Source of the DNA: an uncultured Syntrophaceae bacterium
GTDB lineage: Bacteria; Desulfobacterota; Syntrophia; Syntrophales; PHBD01
Assembly (NCBI GenBank): GCA_964641935.1
Contig: CAZXMK010000001.1
Coordinates: forward strand, 1-47,279
Direction: 5' to 3'
Length of the DNA stretch: 47,279 nt
A model generated the notes under the pieces. That model was not told the origin of the DNA. It worked only from the letters and a program-made list of their open reading frames with translations, and did not search any database. Made by a program: the position numbers and the translations under genes. Shown here piece after piece: positions 16,041-26,153 of this stretch. Every line of letters begins with the position of its first letter. The stretch's first letter is position 1.

Positions 16041-17804
16041 TTATCCTTCTGATGCCGCCGACACAGGCTCGACGTAAGCCGTATCCGTCGAATTGATGAT
16101 CTTCGGCGTGACAAAGATAAGCAACTGCGTTTTCTTCTTCGTGATGTCTTCCGTCTTGAAAAGCCAGCCCAGAACAGGGATCTTATGGATCCATGGAACC
16201 CCCGTTACAGCCTCCGTGTCCGTGGTTTTCATGATTCCGCCGATGACGATCGTATCCCCGTCCCTCACGACAACCGTGGATTCGATCTCACTCTTGTTGA
16301 TCGGAGGGTTGTTCTGCAGGCTTGCGGCCCGGGCATAGTCGGCGTAGTCGTTGGACGCCTTGATCTCCATCGAAATCTTTCCGTCCGGCGTGAGCCGGGG
16401 TTTCACCTCGAGCTTCAGGACCGCTTCCTTGAAGGATACCGTGGCCGGACTGGTTGAAGATGCCGGCGTCACGTAAGGTACATCCTCCCCCTGCTTGATG
16501 ATAGCCTTGACATTGTCCATGGTTGTGATCTTCGGAGAAGAAATAATGCGGGTCTCGCTGATGGTTTCACTGGCGGCAAGCTGCACGTCCAGAACCGCCT
16601 TGGAGCTTCCCAGGACGATACCGAGCGTCGGAGATGTTATGGTTGACGCCATGGGCAGGAAATTCACGGCCAGGGCCTCGCTGGTAAGGCCTATCCCCGT
16701 GGGCGGAGTCGTCACGAGAGACTTCAGCAGGGAAGGGTTGGTTCCCCCCGCAACACCATAAGGATAGTTATTTGCAGCACCGAATCCGGTACCGCCGGCC
16801 GCCCATTGAACGCCCAAATTCCGGATGAAACTGTCCGTCGTCTCGATGATCTTCGCTTCAATGGACACCTGCCGCAGCCGGCCCTTCTCGACGAGCTGTT
16901 TCTGTTCTTCCTCCTTGCGGGCCAGTTCGGATTTCCTCTGTTCTTCCTCAATGGCCTTCCTGTCCGCTGTTTCCTTTTTCAACTTCTCCTGGGTAATGAT
17001 GGAGATGACATCACCCGATTCCTTCTTCGTCAGGCTGTTCAGGGAGAGGATTGTGTCCAGGGCCTGATCCCATGGAACATTCTTAAGGGTAATCGTCACG
17101 GTCCCTTTGATGTCCTCAGCCGACACGATGTTTTTCCCGCTCACCTCGGAAAGAAGGCGAAAGACGGAGCGGATATTGGCGTCCTGGAAATCGATGGATA
17201 TTCGCTGGCCTGCGTATTTCTGCTTTTCCCCGTCCGTCGTATCAAGATCATAAGATTTTGCGAACTGGACCGGTTTGGGTTCCGCTGGTGCCTGCCCGAG
17301 AAGAAGTGCCTTACTGGAAACCGGCGGCTTCGTCGACACCGACGGCTTTGCGATCGGTGCGGAAGGCTTAGCGGTTGGTCCGGAGTACTTCGCGAACGCC
17401 AGCGTGGTCACATTGAAATCTACAAGTATGGAGCGGCCGCTTTGCCTGACGACGAACGGGACCCGCTCCTTCAGGCTGACATCCACAGCGACCCAGCTTT
17501 GGCTTCCGGACCCTTTCCCGTCAGCGTCAATGCTCTTGATGTTGTCTAACTCTCCCGCTCCATGGGTCCGCTTGAGCTTGTCCGGCACGGAAGCCCCTTC
17601 CAGCCGAATTCGCACAACGTTTCCATCCCGTTCCTCCACCGTGAATGAAGCGGGTTTCGATACCAGGATATTGACCCGCTCCTTACCGGTCGGATGATCG
17701 AATGTGATGCCTTCCAGCACAGCCGGATCGGCGGCATTTCCTCCAGGCAGAAGGACGGCCAGTACAAAGAAAACGACGAGTAGTCCCTCAATCAATCGCT
17801 TCAT
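16041..17804 (-). CDS. pilQ: Type IV pilus secretin PilQ (AMIN domain plus secretin)
   Basis: 587 aa with a signal peptide, an AMIN-like N-domain (RVNILVSKPASFTVEERDGNVVRIRLEGASV) and a secretin C-terminus (VVVRDGDTIVIGGI ... GVPWIHKIPVLGWLFK ... LLIFVTPKII). Confidence 0.9.
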   Translation of the reverse strand: MKRLIEGLLVVFFVLAVLLPGGNAADPAVLEGITFDHPTGKERVNILVSKPASFTVEERDGNVVRIRLEGASVPDKLKRTHGAGELDNIKSIDADGKGSGSQSWVAVDVSLKERVPFVVRQSGRSILVDFNVTTLAFAKYSGPTAKPSAPIAKPSVSTKPPVSSKALLLGQAPAEPKPVQFAKSYDLDTTDGEKQKYAGQRISIDFQDANIRSVFRLLSEVSGKNIVSAEDIKGTVTITLKNVPWDQALDTILSLNSLTKKESGDVISIITQEKLKKETADRKAIEEEQRKSELARKEEEQKQLVEKGRLRQVSIEAKIIETTDSFIRNLGVQWAAGGTGFGAANNYPYGVAGGTNPSLLKSLVTTPPTGIGLTSEALAVNFLPMASTITSPTLGIVLGSSKAVLDVQLAASETISETRIISSPKITTMDNVKAIIKQGEDVPYVTPASSTSPATVSFKEAVLKLEVKPRLTPDGKISMEIKASNDYADYARAASLQNNPPINKSEIESTVVVRDGDTIVIGGIMKTTDTEAVTGVPWIHKIPVLGWLFKTEDITKKKTQLLIFVTPKIINSTDTAYVEPVSAASEG

Positions 17805-18304
17805 GGTTTCACCCCTTCATCCTTGTGAAGCAGAATCGGAATCCGCTTCGCTTTCACCTTTCCCCCGCCCTCTCGCAACCTCTCTTCCACGATGATCCGA
17901 TCGGCCAGGATCTCCACCACACGGCCATCGTTTTGACCAATGTACGTGCCTGGCACCACGGGATAAAACTTCTTGGCGATTTTATCCTCCATCATGGCGA
18001 CACGACTGGCTTTGCCAACGGCAATACCCACCAGGGAAAACTGTTCCAGAGACAGATTCTGCAACGGGGAGATGGGGCCCGCTTTCCGGCGGCCGGTTGT
18101 CTTTTGGACCACCAGCGGCTTGTTCAGCTCGATAAAGGGCTTGAACGGATCCGGCTTCCCCGCCGGCACATACCGGTACGTCTCCACCGGAACCTGCGGC
18201 TGCGGAACCGGCTGCACCGCCGTCTGGGTCCATCCGTCGGCCGCCATCATCAAAACCACTCCGCAGGCGGCTATTCCCATGCAGCTAAGGTTTTTTCTTT
18301 TCAT
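17801..18304 (-). CDS. pilP: Type IV pilus assembly protein PilP
   Basis: 167 aa with a signal or lipoprotein-like N-terminus, the KPDPFKPF motif and a beta-domain. Position between pilO and pilQ, with a 4-nt overlap onto pilQ. Confidence 0.8.
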   Translation of the reverse strand: MKRKNLSCMGIAACGVVLMMAADGWTQTAVQPVPQPQVPVETYRYVPAGKPDPFKPFIELNKPLVVQKTTGRRKAGPISPLQNLSLEQFSLVGIAVGKASRVAMMEDKIAKKFYPVVPGTYIGQNDGRVVEILADRIIVEERLREGGGKVKAKRIPILLHKDEGVKP

Positions 18305-19004
18305 CGGCTTTATCCAGAAACATGTATGTCTTGATGATGCAGGATGTTGTAAGGACCCTCTGACCTTTAAGATCCTTTCCCTCTCCCATGGTTATTTCCT
18401 CGATATTCACGATTCGCGGAAGCTTGGCCACCTTGTCGAAGAAGACGGCCGCACTGTGAAACGGGCCGTTCACGGAGACCTTTACGGGGATTTCCTCATA
18501 AAACGATACCGGCTCAGCCTGTTTCCCCTTTGCTCCCTTGGCCGGCTGCCCCGCCTTTGCATCCGGAGTCTTCTGTTCCGCCCGCTGGTCGGAAGGCTTC
18601 AGATTCTGGACGACCTGCGGCTGTGTCTCTGTTTTCTTCTCCGGAGCCTTCGGTTCAAAGAGAACAAACTCAACCCCCGCCTCCTTTCCGGCTTCCGCAA
18701 CAGCCAGGAAAAGTCCGGGGATTTCTCGCTGGTTCGGAAGCTTGGTAAGAGCCAGCTGGTATGCCTCCTTGAGGGCCTGCACTTCCTTTATGAACTTATC
18801 CCTCTGCTTGGCGATACGGTCTTTCTCGTCAATCTGCTGATCCAGGGTCGCCTTCTTTTCTTCCAGTCCCTTCTTCTTCTCCAGAGCGCCTTCCATGTAA
18901 AAGAACCAGAAAAAATACCCCAGCAGGAGAAGGACCGCGCAAAGAATTCCGATCTTTGCCGGCATGGACAACTTCTTCAGATCCTCCAGGGACGACAGGG
19001 CCAT
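18285..19004 (-). CDS. pilO: Type IV pilus assembly protein PilO
   Basis: 239 aa with a single TM helix, a coiled coil, LPNQREIPGLFLAVAEAG and a ferredoxin-like C-terminal domain. A low-complexity Lys/Pro/Gln insert is present. Confidence 0.85.
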   Translation of the reverse strand: MALSSLEDLKKLSMPAKIGILCAVLLLLGYFFWFFYMEGALEKKKGLEEKKATLDQQIDEKDRIAKQRDKFIKEVQALKEAYQLALTKLPNQREIPGLFLAVAEAGKEAGVEFVLFEPKAPEKKTETQPQVVQNLKPSDQRAEQKTPDAKAGQPAKGAKGKQAEPVSFYEEIPVKVSVNGPFHSAAVFFDKVAKLPRIVNIEEITMGEGKDLKGQRVLTTSCIIKTYMFLDKADEKKKP

Positions 19005-19007
19005 GGC

Positions 19008-19556
19008 TCACATGCTCCTTCTGGTGATGCACTTCAGGGTGAATTGCTGCAGTTTACGGCCGGTGAGATCTTTCTGCTTAGATGAGACGAGATCGACAGA
19101 CTTGATGAATGAAGCCGTTTCAAGACTTTTCATGAATCTGGCAACGGCAATACTGTCCACGGCCATTCCCTCGATGGTCAGATTCGTCCCTGCTTCTGTA
19201 ATCTTTTCGAGCCAAATCTCTTTTACCGGAACCAGGGATGTAAACTGGTCCAGCATTCGCACGGGATAAAGACGGTTCTCCTCCAGCTTCTGGATAATGG
19301 AGAGTTTTTTCTCCATCAGCGACTTATCGGCCTTGAACGTTTCCACCTCGCCGACAATTTTGTTCAGAACCGCAAGTCTTTGTTCATTATTTGCAATATC
19401 CGATTCAAGGCCGCTCGTTGTTATGATCATGTAGGCAGCCACGGAACCCAGGAGGACAAGAAACAGGAGAATAACTCCGGCATAAACGAACAACTCCGCT
19501 TTCGTGTCCTCTTTTTTCTTCTTCTCAACGTATGGGAGCAGATTGATGCGGATCAT
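19008..19556 (-). CDS. pilN: Type IV pilus assembly protein PilN
   Basis: Begins with the canonical MIRINLLP motif, followed by one TM helix and a coiled coil. Confidence 0.9.
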   Translation of the reverse strand: MIRINLLPYVEKKKKEDTKAELFVYAGVILLFLVLLGSVAAYMIITTSGLESDIANNEQRLAVLNKIVGEVETFKADKSLMEKKLSIIQKLEENRLYPVRMLDQFTSLVPVKEIWLEKITEAGTNLTIEGMAVDSIAVARFMKSLETASFIKSVDLVSSKQKDLTGRKLQQFTLKCITRRSM

Positions 19557-20632
19557 TAGTCGCCAATCCTCCTCAATGCGAGACCCACCCCTACCGCGGC
19601 AATCGAGGCAATGCGATCCATGGTATCCGGATCCAGCTTCTTCCTGTTGATGCCGATCTTCCGGAAGGGATTGACAATCTCGGTTTCAATGTTGAGTCTC
19701 TGATACAGTTCTCCAGCTAGTCCCGGCAGGTTGGCTCCTCCGCCGGAAAGAATGATCTTCTTAATGGATGCGCCTCCATAAGAGGACTGAAAATATTCAA
19801 TGGATCGTTCAATCTCCAGGATCAGGGGCTCTGCAAAGGAAAGAAGACTGGCCATGACCTCACGTCGGGCAGCGTCGTCGAAGGCCATCTTCCCGGCCTT
19901 GACCTGTTCCGCTTCTTCGAACGTCAACCCGAACCGCTCTTGAATCGCCTCCGTTACGGCATTCCCTCCAAGCGTGAAATCGCGTGTAAAAACAGAGGTT
20001 GCGCTTTTGATGACGCTTATATTGGTGATGGTCGCCCCAATATTTACAATAACGACCATCTCGTTTTCCTGATAGTCGTAATTCTCTTCGTACATGGTCT
20101 CCAGGGCGAAGGAATCAACGTCCATGATTGCCACGGAGAGGCCCGCGTCCATAAGGGCATCCACGAAGCTGTTGACCGCCTCTTTCTTGGCGGCAACAAT
20201 AAGAACATCCATCTGGTTCGGATTGTATTCGGAGGCCCCAAGGATCTCGAAGTCAAAATTGATATCATCCATGTTGTCGAAGGGAAGGTACTTGGCTGCT
20301 TCATCCCGGATCAGCTCGCGAAGTTCCTCCTCTTCCATGGTGGCAAAATTGACTTTCTTCACGATCACGGAATGGCCGGACAGGGATGTAACAATCGCTT
20401 TCTTGCTGCAGCCGGAATTTTTAAACAGTTCTTTAACTTTTTCGGTGAGGGCTCTCTGGTCGACCAGCAAGCCGTCGACGATAATGCCTCTGGGAAGGGG
20501 GATCTGAGAAAAGTGATTTAAAAGATATCCATCGGCGGAATCCAGAACTTCCACCAGTTTCAGTGAACTGGACCCGATATCCAGTCCCACAACCTGTTTC
20601 TTTCCTGCAAACAAGTTTCTGATATCGAACAT
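19556..20632 (-). CDS. pilM: Type IV pilus assembly ATPase-like protein PilM (actin fold)
   Basis: 358 aa. VGLDIGSSSLKLVEV ... IVNIGATITNISV ... LSGGGANLPGL matches the PilM/FtsA-like pattern. Confidence 0.9.
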   Translation of the reverse strand: MFDIRNLFAGKKQVVGLDIGSSSLKLVEVLDSADGYLLNHFSQIPLPRGIIVDGLLVDQRALTEKVKELFKNSGCSKKAIVTSLSGHSVIVKKVNFATMEEEELRELIRDEAAKYLPFDNMDDINFDFEILGASEYNPNQMDVLIVAAKKEAVNSFVDALMDAGLSVAIMDVDSFALETMYEENYDYQENEMVVIVNIGATITNISVIKSATSVFTRDFTLGGNAVTEAIQERFGLTFEEAEQVKAGKMAFDDAARREVMASLLSFAEPLILEIERSIEYFQSSYGGASIKKIILSGGGANLPGLAGELYQRLNIETEIVNPFRKIGINRKKLDPDTMDRIASIAAVGVGLALRRIGD

Positions 20633-20709
20633 GGGATCACCACAAAAGAAATGGGTTCGTCACTTTCCTCCTGCCGGTCATGCCGGCAAGCGGGCTATTT
20701 CCGTCTCAC

Positions 20710-20976
20710 TTATTTCGGAAATCGATATACAACGTCTCCTTTCTTCACCATGCCCAACTCATTGCGGGCCACCATCTCAATGTAACCCAGATGGTTTTTC
20801 AGCAAATCGATTTTCTTCTGATACTCCCTGTTCTCTTGTACGATATTCTCATTCGCTTGCTGGATGGCTGCCAGCTTCTTGCCCATCCTGTAATTATCCA
20901 GCAACCCCCGGTTTCCGAAGGTGATGAGAATCGCCATAAACATTATGAATACGAAAAGATACCTACCTACCCGCAT
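20710..20976 (-). CDS. ftsB: Cell division protein FtsB/DivIC (septum formation initiator)
   Basis: 88 aa with an N-terminal TM helix, a leucine-zipper-like coiled coil, and the C-terminal IEMVARNELGMVKKGDVVYRF motif typical of FtsB. Confidence 0.75.
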   Translation of the reverse strand: MRVGRYLFVFIMFMAILITFGNRGLLDNYRMGKKLAAIQQANENIVQENREYQKKIDLLKNHLGYIEMVARNELGMVKKGDVVYRFPK

Positions 20977-21022
20977 AATATTCAGATTGAGACAGGTATT
21001 TCGTTACGCAATTTGGATAGGA

Positions 21023-21051
21023 AATATAAAGCAAATTTAAACGCTTTGCAA
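21023..21051 (-). promoter_or_regulatory. Candidate sigma-70 promoter for ftsB-pilMNOPQ
   Basis: The minus strand reads TTGCAA (21051-21046), a 17-nt spacer, then TATATT (21028-21023), inside an AT-rich gap about 45 nt upstream of the ftsB ATG. Confidence 0.3.
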
Positions 21052-21135
21052 CATAAAATCAAATTACGGATAAAATGATTGAGTTGGAACTTACAATTGG
21101 TCAAAATATGTAAGGCAAAGGGTAAGATGGAATGC

Positions 21136-22314
21136 TTATTGAACATCCACCGTTGGCAGGCTCTGTTGAGGTTCGCCGAGCAAAAAATCTCCCCGCTCGA
21201 TCCAATCCTTCAGGATGACTGCAATTTCTCTTGCTTTATACATACTGGACAACGGCGCCGTCGGCACGTCTTTCTCAAACAGCCGAACCGAACCGCTCCG
21301 GAGGTCCTTGTAATTCACTTCCGCCAGGCTTTTAGCTGCCCCTTTCGGATAATCCATCCCATAGTCATAAACCTGTGTAACGATCTCTTCATCCCGGACC
21401 GATGTGAAACGAGCCATTTCTTCGTTCAGGATAGGAATCGGAATACCGATCCCTACGAAAAGGGATACGCCGTACCCGAGAATGCTTGCGCCGACGATCC
21501 AATCCGGAGACATTTCCTTCAGATTTCCAATTGTTGCAATTGTCCCAGCCCCCTCCCGAGGCACACCGTTTTTCGCCCTCATGGCATTCGGATTATGCTG
21601 GGTCCCGGGCCAGGCACAGAATCCCTGGGCTCCACCCAGGAAAATGCGTGTACCGATACCTATGGTCCGGTAATAAGGGTCATTAAAGAGCGGGCTGAGT
21701 TGGCCGGATGTCGAATAATTCGCATTCCCTGCCCGGGGTCGCAGCATCCCCATATAGGTGTAGATCGTGCGGTCCGAAAGATTCACGGCGCAACTGTAGT
21801 TCTGATACGCATTCCGGGGATTGAAAAGAATCCCGTCTCTGAGGTCATGAACGGTGATGTTTTTCTCGAACTTGCGGAGGGGATAGCAGTCCGTTCCATA
21901 GGATTCAGCCCGCAGCCGGATCAGGTTTCCTGCAACCAGGTCTTCCATCACGTGGCCGCCGCCGTAGTTGAACTCACCCGGGTACACACTGTTGAGAGGA
22001 TCGCCCTCCACCACCTCCGTCGCCCCGATGTAACAATCCACTGCGGCGATTCCGGCATAGGCCGGCACGTCGTTAAGCCATACCTTGGAAGCCTTGATTT
22101 TTGGGGAAGTGTGCCCAAAGTTCAAAAACGCACCGGATGAACACATGGGGCTGAACGTACCGGTCGTTACCACATCGACCCGCCGGGCCGCCTCGACGTC
22201 CCCATGGCGGTCCACGATATCGATCATCTCTTCCGCCGTAACAACCACAGCCCGTCCCTGGCGGATTCGATCGTTGATCTCCCGATAGCTCTTGGCAACC
22301 CGATGCTTCTTCAT
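21136..22314 (-). CDS. DUF39/COG1900 family protein (sulfide-dependent homocysteine biosynthesis family), stand-alone domain
   Basis: VVVTAEEM ... VDVVTTGTFSPMCSSGAFLNFGH ... GTDCYP ... NPRNAYQNY ... TYMG ... LSPLFNDP ... GTRIFLGGAQG ... GIGIPIPILNEE. I prefer the start at Met25 of the track ORF, which has GAGGGTGGA upstream and sits just past the dut stop. Confidence 0.8.
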   Translation of the reverse strand: MKKHRVAKSYREINDRIRQGRAVVVTAEEMIDIVDRHGDVEAARRVDVVTTGTFSPMCSSGAFLNFGHTSPKIKASKVWLNDVPAYAGIAAVDCYIGATEVVEGDPLNSVYPGEFNYGGGHVMEDLVAGNLIRLRAESYGTDCYPLRKFEKNITVHDLRDGILFNPRNAYQNYSCAVNLSDRTIYTYMGMLRPRAGNANYSTSGQLSPLFNDPYYRTIGIGTRIFLGGAQGFCAWPGTQHNPNAMRAKNGVPREGAGTIATIGNLKEMSPDWIVGASILGYGVSLFVGIGIPIPILNEEMARFTSVRDEEIVTQVYDYGMDYPKGAAKSLAEVNYKDLRSGSVRLFEKDVPTAPLSSMYKAREIAVILKDWIERGDFLLGEPQQSLPTVDVQ

Positions 22315-22324
22315 GTTTCCACCC

Positions 22325-22771
22325 TCACTCCGTATGGCCGAAACCGCCTTCCCCCCGAAGGGTGGAATCGAGGTGTCCCCGCTCAACCCAGATCACCCTG
22401 GCCACCCGCTGCACAACGAGTTGCGCGATTCGATCCCCCCTTCGAACGGTGAAGGGGGCATGGCCATGATTGATGAGGAGAACACCGATCTCTCCCCGGT
22501 AGTCGGCATCAATTGTACCCGGGGTATTCACGAGTGTTATTCCGTGGTTGATAGCCAGTCCGCTGCGGGGTCGAACCTGAGCCTCGAAACCTGCAGGGAG
22601 GGAGATGGCAAATCCGGAGGGGATCCTCTCTCTTTCTCCCGGCTGGATGACCGTATCCCCTGTCACTGCCGCGTGAATATCCATCCCTGCGGAATGCATG
22701 GTCATATAGCATGGAAATGGGAGTCCCACACCACCAGGGAGACGCTGAATGGCCAGTTCCAGGATTTCCAT
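22325..22771 (-). CDS. dut: dUTP diphosphatase
   Basis: 148 aa. AGMDIHA ... RPRSGLA ... [19 protein letters not shown] ... GDRIAQLV ... RGEGGFGHT. Confidence 0.92.
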   Translation of the reverse strand: MEILELAIQRLPGGVGLPFPCYMTMHSAGMDIHAAVTGDTVIQPGERERIPSGFAISLPAGFEAQVRPRSGLAINHGITLVNTPGTIDADYRGEIGVLLINHGHAPFTVRRGDRIAQLVVQRVARVIWVERGHLDSTLRGEGGFGHTE

Positions 22772-22786
22772 GTCAGACGTATGTGA

Positions 22787-24043
22787 TCACTGATGGAGAA
22801 TAGAAAGGGTCAGGTCCTTTTCGGAAACCTTTCCCGTTGCCGCTACCGAGATCTTGTCGGGATTGAACAATTCCCGGGCAAGTTCCAGGACATCCAGGCT
22901 TTCCACGGCATCAATGGCTGAAACGGTCTCTTCCGGTGGAATCTGCCGGGCGAAACAGATTTCGTTTTTTGCCAGCCTGGTCATATGGTTATCGGTGCTT
23001 TCCATGCTCAGGAGGAAGTTGCCCTTGATCAGTTCCTTGGCCCCTCGGAGCTCCTGGTCTGTCAAAGGATCACTGGCCAGACGCAGCATCTCATCCAGAA
23101 CCACCCCGACTACTTCCCGGACCTTGCTGTCACTTGTTCCCACGTATATGCCCAGCATGCCCGTGTCCAGATAGGGGGTCAGGTAGGAATGAACGGCATA
23201 TGCCAATCCCCGTTTCTCTCTGATTTCCTGAAAAAGCCGGGAGCTCATGCTCCCGCCGAGAACGGCATTCATCAGGAAGCCGGCGTATCGTCTCGGATCG
23301 ATGGATGATGGTGCCGGTGTGCCGATAATCAGATGCACCTGTTCCAGGTCTTTCTCCAGGGATCCTATCCGGGGAGTGATCATGGGAACATTCGTCACCT
23401 CCCGGACGGCATCTCGTTGAAGTCCTGAAAAGGAGGACTTCACCAGGCGAACCAGCGCTTCATGCTCCAGCCGCCCGGCCGCCGAGATGACAAGATTCTC
23501 CCCCCGGTAACGCGGGGAGAAAAACTGCGTCAGGGACTCCCTGCTGAAGTCCTGGACTCTCTCCTTTGTCCCCAGTACGGGAAGCCCGAGCGGATGCCCG
23601 TCCCAGAAGAGAGCTTCGAAGAAATCGTGGATCTGCTCGTCCGGTGTGTCCTCCAGCATATGAATTTCCTGGAGAACGACCGATTTCTCACGCTGGATCT
23701 CCTCCGGATCGAAAACCGATTCCTGGAGGATGTCCGCCAGAAGATCGATCGCCATGGGAAGATGGTAATCGGGGATCTTGACGTAGAGGGACGTCAGTTC
23801 TTTGCCTGTAAAGGCATTGAGGACGCCTCCAACCGAATCGATGGCCGATGCGATGTCGAAGGCGGATCGCTTCCGGGTCCCTTTGAAAAGCATGTGCTCC
23901 ACAAAGTGAGACATGCCATTGGTCAATCCATCTTCATACCGCGTCCCGCACTGAACCCATACCCCTATCGTGACCGACCGGACATGGTCGATGCTCTCCG
24001 ACACGACCCGGATGCCGTTATCGAGAATGCTTTTCCGGATCAT
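22787..24043 (-). CDS. M16 family zinc peptidase (insulinase/pitrilysin-like)
   Basis: 418 aa with the inverted zinc motif HFVEHMLFKGT near the N-terminus. Confidence 0.85.
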   Translation of the reverse strand: MIRKSILDNGIRVVSESIDHVRSVTIGVWVQCGTRYEDGLTNGMSHFVEHMLFKGTRKRSAFDIASAIDSVGGVLNAFTGKELTSLYVKIPDYHLPMAIDLLADILQESVFDPEEIQREKSVVLQEIHMLEDTPDEQIHDFFEALFWDGHPLGLPVLGTKERVQDFSRESLTQFFSPRYRGENLVISAAGRLEHEALVRLVKSSFSGLQRDAVREVTNVPMITPRIGSLEKDLEQVHLIIGTPAPSSIDPRRYAGFLMNAVLGGSMSSRLFQEIREKRGLAYAVHSYLTPYLDTGMLGIYVGTSDSKVREVVGVVLDEMLRLASDPLTDQELRGAKELIKGNFLLSMESTDNHMTRLAKNEICFARQIPPEETVSAIDAVESLDVLELARELFNPDKISVAATGKVSEKDLTLSILHQ

Positions 24044-24047
24044 GCTT

Positions 24048-26153
24048 TCACAGGGCTTCCTTGCGGCTGAGACGGATTTTTCCGGCCTTGTCGATCTCCA
24101 GGACCTTCACCATGACTTCATCCCCTTCCTGGAGGATGTCGGTCACCTTGTTCACCCGTTCCTTGGCCAGTTGGGAGATATGAATCAGGCCTTCAGTCCC
24201 CGGCAGAATTTCGACGAAGGCACCGAAATCGACGATCTTTTTCACCGTTCCCCGATATATCTTGCCGATCTCCGCATCCTCGGTCAGCCATTTCACCATG
24301 GCCACGGCACGGGCCGAAGCCTCGGCGTCGATGGAGGCAATTGTCACGGTCCCGTCGTCTTCCACGTCGATGGTCACACCCGTTTCGCTTATAATCTGGC
24401 GGATGTTTTTCCCGCCCGTCCCGATAACATCCCGCACCCGTTCCGGGCGAACCTTCACGGTCGTGATTCTCGGGGCATAAATGGAAATGTCGCTTCTGGC
24501 CTGGGAGAGCGTCTCCTTCAGTTTTCCGATGATATGCAAGCGGCCTTCCTTGGCCTGCTGCAGAGCTTGGCGGAGGATTGCCTCCGTGAGGCCGTCGATC
24601 TTGATGTCCATCTGCAGCGCCGTGACGCCGTTCTTGGTCCCGCAGACCTTGAAGTCCATGTCACCCGCATGATCCTCGTCGCCCAGGATGTCCGACAGAA
24701 CCGCCACATCTTCCCCTTCCTTCAGGAGGCCCATGGCAATGCCGGCCACGACATCCTTAACAGGAACACCGCCATCCATGAGGGCCAGAATGCCCCCGCA
24801 AACGGTGGCCATGGAAGACGAGCCATTCGATGAAAGGATCTCGGAAACGATCCGAATCGTGTAGGGGAATTCCTCTGACGATGGCAATACCGGCACCAAG
24901 GCTCGCCGCGCCAGATTCCCGTGTCCGATCTCCCGACGGCCCGGGCTTCTCAGCGGTCTCGCCTCACCCACGCTGTAGGGCGGGAAATTGTAGTGCAGAA
25001 GGAAGGACCTGAACTCCTCACCCATGATGAAGTCGAGTCTTTGTTCGTCGGACGAAGTACCCAGCGTCAGGGAGGCCAAGGCCTGGGTTTCACCCCTTGT
25101 GAACAGGGCCGAACCATGCGCTCTCGGCAGGATGCCCGTTTCCGACCATATCGGTCGGATTTCATCGTAAGCACGGCCATCGATTCTCTTCTTTTGTCCC
25201 AGGATCATGCCCCGCAGGACCTGCCTTTCCAGGTCCTCAAAGATCCCCCGGGCCTGCGGCGCCGATGCCTCATCTTCTTCTGTAACCGTCTTCAGAACGG
25301 CGTCCCTCAGGGCATCCAGTTGGGCATAACGGTCATGCTTCCCAGGCGTCACATAGGCCTGCTGCAATCCAGGCAGGGCCAGTTCCTTGATCCGCAGTGC
25401 AAGCGCTTCATCCACCTTCGGCGGTTCAATTACCCGCTTCGGTTGACCGATGGCTTCCCGCATCTTGTCCTGAAGATCAATCACCGCCGCCAGTTCGTCC
25501 AAGCCACATTGTATGGCATCCACCAACACGTCTTCCGCGACTTCCCTGGCCTCCCCCTCCAGCATGACAAGGTTTATATCGTAGGGCTTTCCGCCGGTAC
25601 CTGGAGTGACCTTTCGTCCGACGAGAAAAAGGCTGAAATCGCTTTGGGTCATCTGCTCCTGTGACGGATTGCAGACAAACCGGCCGTCGATCCTTCCCAC
25701 CCGGACCCCACCAACGGGACCCTTGAAAGGAATGTCCGATATTTCCAGGGCTGCCGAGGCACCCAGCATGGCCGCTACATCCGGATTGTTCTCGTTGTCC
25801 ACCGACAGCACCGTCGCCACGATCTGGGTTTCGTAAACATATCCCTTTGGGAAAAGGGGACGAACGGAACGGTCGATGATGCGTGAGGTAAGAACTTCCC
25901 TTTCGTTGGGACGTCCTTCACGCTTGAAGAAGCCGCCGGGAATCTTTCCGGCCGCAGAAGTCATTTCCTGATAATCTACTGTGAGGGGTAGAAAATCGAG
26001 CCCCTCCCTCCTGCTTTTGACAGCCACGGCTGTCACGAGAACAACCGTGTCTCCATATTGGACGAGCGCACTGCCGTTGGCCTGGCCCGCCATGTAATTC
26101 ACCTTGACCGAAATCGGTCTTCCGGCAAAATCTGTACTAAATACTTGACTCAT
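24048..26153 (-). CDS. pnp: Polyribonucleotide nucleotidyltransferase (PNPase)
   Basis: About 700 aa with two RNase PH domains plus KH and S1 domains (GKIYRGTVKKIVDFGAFVEILPGTEGLIHISQL). I prefer the second ATG (26153), which has GAGGAA 7 nt upstream. Confidence 0.96.
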   Translation of the reverse strand: MSQVFSTDFAGRPISVKVNYMAGQANGSALVQYGDTVVLVTAVAVKSRREGLDFLPLTVDYQEMTSAAGKIPGGFFKREGRPNEREVLTSRIIDRSVRPLFPKGYVYETQIVATVLSVDNENNPDVAAMLGASAALEISDIPFKGPVGGVRVGRIDGRFVCNPSQEQMTQSDFSLFLVGRKVTPGTGGKPYDINLVMLEGEAREVAEDVLVDAIQCGLDELAAVIDLQDKMREAIGQPKRVIEPPKVDEALALRIKELALPGLQQAYVTPGKHDRYAQLDALRDAVLKTVTEEDEASAPQARGIFEDLERQVLRGMILGQKKRIDGRAYDEIRPIWSETGILPRAHGSALFTRGETQALASLTLGTSSDEQRLDFIMGEEFRSFLLHYNFPPYSVGEARPLRSPGRREIGHGNLARRALVPVLPSSEEFPYTIRIVSEILSSNGSSSMATVCGGILALMDGGVPVKDVVAGIAMGLLKEGEDVAVLSDILGDEDHAGDMDFKVCGTKNGVTALQMDIKIDGLTEAILRQALQQAKEGRLHIIGKLKETLSQARSDISIYAPRITTVKVRPERVRDVIGTGGKNIRQIISETGVTIDVEDDGTVTIASIDAEASARAVAMVKWLTEDAEIGKIYRGTVKKIVDFGAFVEILPGTEGLIHISQLAKERVNKVTDILQEGDEVMVKVLEIDKAGKIRLSRKEAL

